A model generated the notes under the pieces. The model was not told the origin of the DNA and searched no databases. It worked only from the letters and a program-made list of their open reading frames with translations. The translations under genes and the position numbers were made by a program. A DNA stretch of 7,181 nt from Candidatus Wukongarchaeum yapensis. GTDB taxonomy: Archaea > Asgardarchaeota > Wukongarchaeia > Wukongarchaeales > Wukongarchaeaceae. The stretch covers positions 1 through 7,181 of the forward strand of contig JAEOSI010000117.1 in assembly GCA_016840425.1 (NCBI GenBank), in the 5' to 3' direction. Shown here piece after piece: positions 1 through 5,795 of this stretch. How positions within the stretch are numbered: the first letter of the stretch is position 1; each line of letters opens with the position of its first letter.

Positions 1-29
1 TCGTAAGTTTTAGTTCTCATTAAAATCAA
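1..29 (-). CDS. Possible 5' end of a gene running off the left edge (TTG-ATT-TTA-ATG-AGA-ACT-AAA-ACT-TAC..., M-I-L-M-R-T-K-T-Y); product unknown
   Basis: In-frame TTG (29-27) and ATG (20-18) on the minus strand, open to the window edge, with a purine-rich AAGGGG element at 40-45. Only about 9 codons are visible. Confidence 0.25.
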
Positions 30-51
30 TTGTTACTAGCCCCTTTTCTTT

Positions 52-64
52 AAAAAATTAAAAA
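52..64 (-). terminator. Possible oligo-U terminator after gcvH (could alternatively be the TATA element of the next minus-strand gene)
   Basis: Minus strand reads TTTTTAATTTTTT about 18-30 nt after the gcvH stop codon; archaeal terminators are typically U-rich tracts. Confidence 0.3.
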
Positions 65-81
65 GTTAAACTATCTATTAA

Positions 82-531
82 TCATAAGTATTTCTCTTCT
101 TCGAGCTTTATCCATTTCTCGAGTTTTTCTACTTCGCTACCTTTTACCAAATTTTGGTCATTATCAAGCTCTTCTTCAAGATTTTTTGCTTCAAAGATAA
201 CAAACCATCCCTCACGATAAGGCTTTTCATTAGCTATCGACGGGTGTTCTGATATTTCCGGATTTATTTCAACTATTTTCCCAGATAATGGGATTATTAA
301 TGGGCCTGTCCATTTACCGCTTTCTATCGTAGCGAAAAACCTGCCTTTTTCAAGCTCTTTTCCTTTTTTCTGCAACCTTATAGAAATAATTTCCTCGTTA
401 TTTTTTGCAGCAAAATCATCGATGCCCATCTTTACTTTGTCTTTTCCAATGATTTTTATCCATATATGACCTGGGTCACTTATATCAATCCAAACATCGT
501 CCGGGTAGTAATATCTTCCTACTTGCCCCAA
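82..531 (-). CDS. gcvH: Glycine cleavage H-protein-like lipoyl-carrier protein (GcvH/LbpA family)
   Basis: 149 aa with H-protein motifs HIWIK, MGIDDFA, lipoylation motif TIESGKW (Lys73, nt 315-313), PLSGKIVEIN and NEKPYREGW. TTG start with GGAGG SD at 543-539 (7 nt spacer). Confidence 0.9.
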   Translation of the reverse strand: MGQVGRYYYPDDVWIDISDPGHIWIKIIGKDKVKMGIDDFAAKNNEEIISIRLQKKGKELEKGRFFATIESGKWTGPLIIPLSGKIVEINPEISEHPSIANEKPYREGWFVIFEAKNLEEELDNDQNLVKGSEVEKLEKWIKLEEEKYL

Positions 532-679
532 AGGTTTTCCTCCAACTTTCAGTTATTTTTCGATTTTAAGCCATGTCTTAGAAAAAGGGATAAAAGTATT
601 AGCTGTCTTTTTTGTTTAAAATTTTTGCATGATTGGATTTAAATTTAAGGGATGGACCTATCTTTTTTTAATTATTTTT

Positions 680-715
680 AAAAGCTTATAATATTATAAA
701 ATAAAAGTTTTTAAG
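680..715. promoter_or_regulatory. Candidate overlapping divergent archaeal BRE/TATA promoter cluster for hdrA (+) and gcvH (-)
   Basis: Plus strand has AAAAG-CTTATAA (680-691) and AAAAG-TTTTTAAG (703-715); minus strand has AAAAAC-TTTTAT (712-701). All lie in the 283-bp divergent intergenic region. The region is very AT-rich, so the active box cannot be identified. Confidence 0.4.
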
Positions 716-814
716 AATATAAAACTATTTTTTAATAAGGACTGCTAAGAAAAATTGATTAAGTATTTTATCACTCACTTTCAAAGGTTCTTGGTATATT
801 AAGGGGATGAATTT

Positions 815-2803
815 TTGGATAAAGAAAGAATCGGTGTTTTTTTGTGTCATTGCGGCACAAACATCGCCCACACAGTCGACATTGGAAAGGTAAAAAAATA
901 CGTGGAAACCTTGCCAGGAGTAGTTTTTGTTAAAGATTACAGTTATATGTGTTCTGATCCGGGTCAGCGTTTGGTTAAAGAAAGCATAAAAGAAAATGGT
1001 TTAACCAAGGTAGTTATAGCGGCTTGCACTCCTAGGCTTCACGAATCTACTTTTAGGGAGACATTAAGAGAGGGAGGATTAAACCCCTACAATTTGGAGA
1101 TCGCTAACATAAGGGAGCATTGCTCATGGGTTCATGATAACAGGGAGATTGCTACAGAGAAAGCAAAAGATATCATAAGGATGGCTATTATGAAAGCAGC
1201 ACTCTTAGAACCTCTAGAAGAGCGTGAAATAGAGGCTGTTAAAGAAGTTTTAATCGTTGGCGCAGGCATCGCAGGCATATCTACAGCCCTAATACTGGCA
1301 AATAGCGGTATAAAAACTTATATCGTAGAAAAAGAACCCTCAATAGGCGGAAAAATGGCCCAACTTGACAAAACCTTCCCTACTCTAGATTGTAGTGCTT
1401 GCATTCTCACACCCCTTATGGTTGACGTTGAAAGAAACCCCCTAATCGAGATTTTATCTTATTCTGAAGTTGAAAGCGTTGAGGGATATATAGGGAATTT
1501 TAAAGTAAAAGTCCGCAGAAAACCCCGATATGTGAGGAAAGATCTTTGTACATCTTGCGGGCTTTGCTGGGAAAACTGTCCAAGCAAAAACGTACCAAAT
1601 GAGTTCGACCTTGGTTTAAGTACAAGAACCGCGATCTATATCCCTTTTCTTCAAGCCGTGCCAGCAATACCTGTAATCGACGCTGAAAATTGCAGGTATT
1701 TCCAGGGTTTAAAAGAAGGAAAAGAAAGATGTAAAATATGTCAAAAAAAGTGTCCAGTAAACGCGGTAGACTATACGATGGAAGAAAGTTTCATAGAACT
1801 TGAAGTAGGCGCCATCGTGGTAGCTACAGGTTATGAAATTTTTGATGCATCCCAAAGACCCCAATACGGATATGGCAAGTATAAGGACGTGATCATCGGG
1901 TTACAATTTGAGCGGTTAATAAGCGCTTCAGGTCCCACTGAAGGCGGAATAATAAGGCCAAGTAATGGGCAAATACCAAAGTCTGTTACCTTCATAAACT
2001 GTGTGGGAAGCAAGGAATCTGACGGTAACCAGTGGTGTTGTCGTTACGGATGTATGGCTTCTTTAAAACAGGCCTTACAAGTAAGAGAAAAGTATCCTGA
2101 AGTAGAAGTAAACATCTGTTTTACGGATATGAGGGCCTTTGGAAAAGGTTATGAAGAACTTTATAGACGGTGTCGGAAGACTGGAATTAATTTCATAAAC
2201 GGTCTTCCTAGTGAAATTTATGAAACCTATGGCGAAGGAAAACACCTCTATTTCACGGTTTTTGACGGTTTTTTAAACGAAGTTATCAGGATTGACACAG
2301 ATCTTGTGGTTCTCCAGGTAAACATGGTTTCTCCAAAAGAGACCGGAGAACTTGTGAAAAAATTGGGTTTATGTACTAGTGGAGACGGTTTTTTCCAAGA
2401 GGCTCATGCTAAACTTCGCCCCATTGAAACGCCCACTCCCGGCGTGTTTTTGGCAGGAACTTGTCAAGGGCCAAAAGATATCGTGGATACTGTATGCCAT
2501 GCGAAAGGTGCTGGAGGGGATGTTTTAAAACTCCTTCAAAAAGGGATAATAAAAATTGAACCTATCTCCGCAGAAGTAAACGAAGAACTTTGCAGTGGGT
2601 GTGGGATGTGCGAGCCAGTTTGTCCCTACGGCGCAATAGTCATAGAAGTAAAAGAAGATGGGAAAAGGTTGGCAAAAGTTATTCAGGCAAAGTGTGTCGG
2701 TTGTGGTACTTGTGTTGCTACTTGTCCAAGTGATGCTATTATAGCACATAACTTTACAACAGAGCAAATAATTGCTCAAATTAGAGCGGCGGTGAGTCCC
2801 TAA
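815..2803 (+). CDS. hdrA: Heterodisulfide reductase subunit A (FAD/Fe-S flavoprotein, electron-bifurcating type)
   Basis: 662 aa. N-terminal GVFLCHCG, CSDPG, AACTP, REHCSW. FAD-binding GAGIAG. DKTFPTLDCSAC. Inserted ferredoxin (CTSCGLCWENCP; C...CKICQKKCP), FERLISASGPT, CVGS, FLAGTCQGPKDI, and C-terminal ferredoxin (CSGCGMCEPVCP, CVGCGTCVATCP). TTG start with AAGGGGA at 801-807. Confidence 0.97.
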   Translation: MDKERIGVFLCHCGTNIAHTVDIGKVKKYVETLPGVVFVKDYSYMCSDPGQRLVKESIKENGLTKVVIAACTPRLHESTFRETLREGGLNPYNLEIANIREHCSWVHDNREIATEKAKDIIRMAIMKAALLEPLEEREIEAVKEVLIVGAGIAGISTALILANSGIKTYIVEKEPSIGGKMAQLDKTFPTLDCSACILTPLMVDVERNPLIEILSYSEVESVEGYIGNFKVKVRRKPRYVRKDLCTSCGLCWENCPSKNVPNEFDLGLSTRTAIYIPFLQAVPAIPVIDAENCRYFQGLKEGKERCKICQKKCPVNAVDYTMEESFIELEVGAIVVATGYEIFDASQRPQYGYGKYKDVIIGLQFERLISASGPTEGGIIRPSNGQIPKSVTFINCVGSKESDGNQWCCRYGCMASLKQALQVREKYPEVEVNICFTDMRAFGKGYEELYRRCRKTGINFINGLPSEIYETYGEGKHLYFTVFDGFLNEVIRIDTDLVVLQVNMVSPKETGELVKKLGLCTSGDGFFQEAHAKLRPIETPTPGVFLAGTCQGPKDIVDTVCHAKGAGGDVLKLLQKGIIKIEPISAEVNEELCSGCGMCEPVCPYGAIVIEVKEDGKRLAKVIQAKCVGCGTCVATCPSDAIIAHNFTTEQIIAQIRAAVSP

Positions 2804-3234
2804 TGGAAACAGAAAACGAGGGAGAATTTGAACCTAGAATTGTCGCCTTTTTATGTAATTGGTGCAGTTATGCAGGTAGTGATGTCGCAGGGCTTCAAAG
2901 AATGAAGTATCCTCCAACAGTTCGAATAATTCGTGTTATGTGCAGTGGTAGAGTTGAGCCTAGCTTCATATTAGAAGCTTTGCGAGATGGCGCCGACGGC
3001 GTTTTAGTTGGAGGATGCCACATTGGAGATTGTCACTATATTTCAGGCAATAAAAAGTGTGTTGCGAGGATAGCTCTGACAAAGGAGCTTTTAAAACAGT
3101 TGGGAATAAACCCTGAAAGGTTAAGGCTTGAATGGATAAGCTCTAGCGAATCTGGAAAGTTTGTTAAAATAGTTGAAGATTTTACGAAAGATTTGAAAAA
3201 AATGGGGCAAAATCCCCTTAAATCCCTTGAATAG
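2803..3234 (+). CDS. mvhD: MvhD-type [2Fe-2S] subunit (methyl-viologen-reducing hydrogenase delta / Hdr adaptor)
   Basis: 143 aa with FEPRIVAFLCNWCSYAGSD, IRVMCSGRV, DGVLVGGCHIGDCHY and GINPERLRLEWIS. ATG overlaps the hdrA stop (TAATG, 2801-2805); GGTGAG SD at 2791-2796. Confidence 0.95.
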   Translation: METENEGEFEPRIVAFLCNWCSYAGSDVAGLQRMKYPPTVRIIRVMCSGRVEPSFILEALRDGADGVLVGGCHIGDCHYISGNKKCVARIALTKELLKQLGINPERLRLEWISSSESGKFVKIVEDFTKDLKKMGQNPLKSLE

Positions 3235-3273
3235 TAGGCAGTTTTTGATTTGAAATGCAAAGGTGAGTTTTTG

Positions 3274-3816
3274 ATGGTATTAGTTCTTGAGCAAAGGGAT
3301 AAAGTACTAGTCGAAGAAACGTTGAGAATTCTCGGCGAACAAGACCCTTTAGCTTGCTATCAGTGTAATAAATGCACTTCTGGTTGTCCTATCGCTTTAG
3401 TAAGACAAGATTTCAGGCCCCATTTGATAGTTCAACAAACTAGGATGGGTTTAAAAGACGTACTAATAAAGGAAGAAGCCATTTGGTATTGTTGTCAATG
3501 TTTAAAATGTGTGGCACGTTGTCCTCAAAAAGTTGCTCCCTATGAAGTCATTTTCGCTTTAAGAATTTTGGCAGCAGAAGCAGGATACTCCCCTAAAAAT
3601 ATAACAAAGCTGCTTCAAAGCTTCTGGAATAACGGCATGGTCACTACTCCAATGATCATTGTTACAAAAGATTTTGCCGAAGTTACACGGCAAACCTTAG
3701 GTTTGCCCGCCCCTGTTGTCGACACTGAAGGCTTAAGAAAAGCCCTGAAAACCACAAAACTCCCAACGATTATTGAAAATCTAAAGAAGAGAAAAAAAGT
3801 ATCAAAAAAAGATTAA
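3274..3816 (+). CDS. hdrC: Heterodisulfide reductase subunit C (2x[4Fe-4S])
   Basis: CYQCNKCTSGCP and WYCCQCLKCVARCPQKV ferredoxin motifs; located between mvhD and hdrB. Start moved from the ORF-track TTG 3250 to ATG 3274 because of the AGGTGAG SD at 3261-3267. Confidence 0.92.
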   Translation: MVLVLEQRDKVLVEETLRILGEQDPLACYQCNKCTSGCPIALVRQDFRPHLIVQQTRMGLKDVLIKEEAIWYCCQCLKCVARCPQKVAPYEVIFALRILAAEAGYSPKNITKLLQSFWNNGMVTTPMIIVTKDFAEVTRQTLGLPAPVVDTEGLRKALKTTKLPTIIENLKKRKKVSKKD

Positions 3817-3839
3817 TTTTCAACTAGTTGGTGAACCTT

Positions 3840-4694
3840 TTGAAATATCTCCTATACCTTGGTTGCATGGCTAAAAATGAACAAATGGAGTACGAAATCT
3901 CCACCATGGCCCTGCTTAAACATTTTAACATAGATGTTGAATATCTTGGCGATGAAGCCTGTTGCGGCGTACCTGCTAAAAACTTTGATAAGTCTGCATG
4001 GCTAATCTCAAGCGCGCGCCTTTTAGCCCTAGCTTCCCAAAAAAACGGCGCTATATTATCCCTCTGCACAGGGTGCGATCTAAGTTTTGAAGAAACAAGT
4101 CATATTCTCAGAGAAAATGATGTTCTACGGGAAAACATCCAAGAAGCCCTAGATATCATAGGATTAGAATATGATAAAAACATAAAAAGAGTCCACATTT
4201 TCGATTTAATCTATGACGATATCGGAATCAAAAGACTTTCACAAGCAGTAGAAAGAGACATATCACACCTAAAAACTGCCTGTTACTACGGTTGTCACGC
4301 CATAAGAACCCCTGACCTACACCGTTTAGACGATAGTGAAGCACCAACAAAAATGGAAGAAGTAATCGAAGCAATAGGCGGTCAAACAGAAGATTATCCT
4401 GAACGTTTAATGTGCTGCATGGGACCAAACTTATCCTTTGATCCTAAACCTGTTCTAAATAACGTAGGATCAATAATAGACGCTATTAAAAACCGGGGCT
4501 TTAACCTTCTTTCAGTTATATGTCCTTATTGCTTTAAAACCTTCAGCCTAAAACCCTTTCCAGTCCTCTACCTCACAAGCCTAATAGGATACGCAGTAGG
4601 CTTGGATCCAAATTCTTTAGGAATGCGCCTCAACAGATCCCCCATAGAAAAAATCATCCCAGAACTTGCAGAACTCCTCATAGAAGAATTTTAA
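3840..4694 (+). CDS. hdrB: Heterodisulfide reductase subunit B (two CCG domains, non-cubane [4Fe-4S]), divergent
   Basis: Two cysteine-rich domains: LYLGC...CCG...CTGC and YYGCH...CCMG...CPYC, followed by PVLYLTSLIGYAVG. Start moved from 3828 to TTG 3840, which gives MKYLLYLGC (typical HdrB N-terminus) with GGTGA SD at 3830-3834. Confidence 0.92.
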   Translation: MKYLLYLGCMAKNEQMEYEISTMALLKHFNIDVEYLGDEACCGVPAKNFDKSAWLISSARLLALASQKNGAILSLCTGCDLSFEETSHILRENDVLRENIQEALDIIGLEYDKNIKRVHIFDLIYDDIGIKRLSQAVERDISHLKTACYYGCHAIRTPDLHRLDDSEAPTKMEEVIEAIGGQTEDYPERLMCCMGPNLSFDPKPVLNNVGSIIDAIKNRGFNLLSVICPYCFKTFSLKPFPVLYLTSLIGYAVGLDPNSLGMRLNRSPIEKIIPELAELLIEEF

Positions 4695-4723
4695 TTTAAA
4701 CCCAAAAAGGAAAAAACGACTAA

Positions 4724-4741
4724 TTCTTTTATTCTATTTCT
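4724..4741 (+). terminator. Possible U-rich terminator of the hdr operon
   Basis: TTCTTTTATTCTATTTCT about 30 nt after the hdrB stop and just before a new promoter. Confidence 0.3.
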
Positions 4742-4751
4742 GATAGTTCAT

Positions 4752-4767
4752 CGAAAATGCTTATAAA
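4752..4767 (+). promoter_or_regulatory. Archaeal BRE + TATA box for the coiled-coil/wHTH gene
   Basis: CGAAAATGC-TTATAAA is close to the archaeal BRE (purine-rich, cRnaAnt) plus TTTAWA consensus. It predicts a transcription start near 4790, upstream of the ORF. Confidence 0.6.
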
Positions 4768-4817
4768 TGAATCATACGTTATAGTAACAAAATTTGGTTT
4801 TAAGGGCGGGACTATTT

Positions 4818-5570
4818 TTGGAAAAGAATGAAGGTGAAATCTCGAAGGTTTTTGACCCCATAGCTGGAAAAGTTAATGAAGCTCTTGAGCTTATTAAAAG
4901 TTTTATTAATAATATTTTAATCGAGAAAGAAGAAGTTGAGAAAAACATTCTCAACCTCGAAAAAGAGATTGAAAAACTAAAAACCCTTAACGACGATTTA
5001 AATCATAAACTCTCAACAAAGGATATCCAGATTAACGAACTAGAAGCAAACATAGCAGAAAAAGATGAACAAATCTCTAGCCTTAAAAAAGAGACTGAAG
5101 AACTACAAACCAAAATAGGCGTTTCTGAAAGAAAGATTGAAGAGCGGGAAAAACAAATCCAAGCTATAGAAGCAGAAAAGAAAGAGTTATCGGAAATTAA
5201 AGGCACGCTCCAAGAAGAATTATCGAGAAAAGCCAAAGAATACGATTCATTACTTGAAAGATTTAGCAAAATATCAGAAGAGTTTTCAACCCTAAGTCAA
5301 AGAGAAAAAGCAGAAATAGACCTAGAAAATCTTCTTTCTGTCTATGTAACCCTTATCGAGGAAATCATAAACGCTAAACCACACATACGCATATTATGGC
5401 TACTCCACGGTGAAAAACAAGTAATGACCGCTAGTGAACTGGCTAAAGCCTCTGGGTTCGAGCCTGCAGTAGTACTCGGCACTCTTCATGAACTTGCAAG
5501 AGGAGACCTGGTAGAATTCTCCCTTGAAACTAAGGAATCAAAACTAAAAAGACGATTATTCAAGGACTAA
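4818..5570 (+). CDS. Uncharacterised long coiled-coil protein with C-terminal winged helix-turn-helix domain
   Basis: Uninterrupted heptad pattern over ORF residues ~48-167, then a wHTH-like segment (PHIRILWLLHG - MTASELAKASG - PAVVLGTLHELARGDLV). Start is either TTG 4794 (ORF track) or TTG 4818 (SD-like AGGGCGGGA at 4803-4811). Confidence 0.8.
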   Translation: MEKNEGEISKVFDPIAGKVNEALELIKSFINNILIEKEEVEKNILNLEKEIEKLKTLNDDLNHKLSTKDIQINELEANIAEKDEQISSLKKETEELQTKIGVSERKIEEREKQIQAIEAEKKELSEIKGTLQEELSRKAKEYDSLLERFSKISEEFSTLSQREKAEIDLENLLSVYVTLIEEIINAKPHIRILWLLHGEKQVMTASELAKASGFEPAVVLGTLHELARGDLVEFSLETKESKLKRRLFKD

Positions 5571-5675
5571 CAACATATACTTTAATTAACTAAAGAAATA
5601 ACAAAATTTAATAAAGTGATATTCCATATCTAATCTTGGGAGAGCACACAACACAGAACTTAACTTAGTTGGCTC

Positions 5676-5754
5676 AAAAGCTTATAAAATCAACAATAAG
5701 CTTTTAAGAACAAAATTTGCATAGGTTAGTAACTGTGTCATTAAAAGCTATAAT
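5676..5754 (+). promoter_or_regulatory. Candidate promoter/operator region of the PhoU/TrkA-C gene
   Basis: Three AAGCT-containing TATA-like modules: AAAAGCTTATAA (5676-5687), ATAAGCTTTTAAG (5696-5708) and AAAAGCTATAAT (5743-5754). The first two form a 10-bp inverted repeat. Confidence 0.4.
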
Positions 5755-5795
5755 CTTACATTTGAGAACCTCCTCACTTTATTTTTAGAGTAGGA

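Noticed and set aside
807-893. Out-of-frame ATG just upstream of hdrA opening a 28-codon ORF; one extra T in the T5 run (812-816) would put it in frame with hdrA
   Set aside because: TTG 815 has a well-spaced SD and gives a normal HdrA N-terminus, while ATG 807 sits within the SD with no spacer. A homopolymer error cannot be excluded without reads.
1391-1402. Possible selenocysteine recoding in HdrA or MvhD, as in Methanococcales
   Set aside because: All cluster positions (DCSAC in HdrA, GCHIGDCHY in MvhD) use TGT/TGC codons, and there is no in-frame TGA in any of the genes.
2791-2805. Programmed frameshift producing an HdrA-MvhD fusion at CCC-TAA-TG
   Set aside because: Fusion needs a -1 shift and there is no slippery heptamer. 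mvhD has its own GGTGAG SD, so ordinary translational coupling explains the overlap.
3232-3237. TAG stop of mvhD as a possible pyrrolysine readthrough
   Set aside because: It is followed immediately by a second TAG, and MvhD is already full length.
2600-4700. Apparent switch from G-rich (end of hdrA, mvhD) to C-rich (hdrB onward) composition on the same strand
   Set aside because: Spot counts show C-rich patches within hdrA too (e.g. ~1321-1380), so the skew is patchy. It does not support a junction, origin or transfer boundary without genome-wide analysis.
4935-5294. Calling the coiled-coil protein SMC, Rad50 or ESCRT-III
   Set aside because: There is no ABC-ATPase motif, hinge or zinc hook. 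The unbroken heptad run does not fit the helical-hairpin core of ESCRT-III, so coiled-coil similarity alone would be a spurious annotation.
5571-5675. Possible small RNA or hairpin in the spacer (GATAT-TCC-ATATC at 5618-5630; short GAGC/GCTC pairing)
   Set aside because: Stems are only 4-5 bp, and there is no C/D box pair, tRNA cloverleaf or repeat-spacer periodicity.
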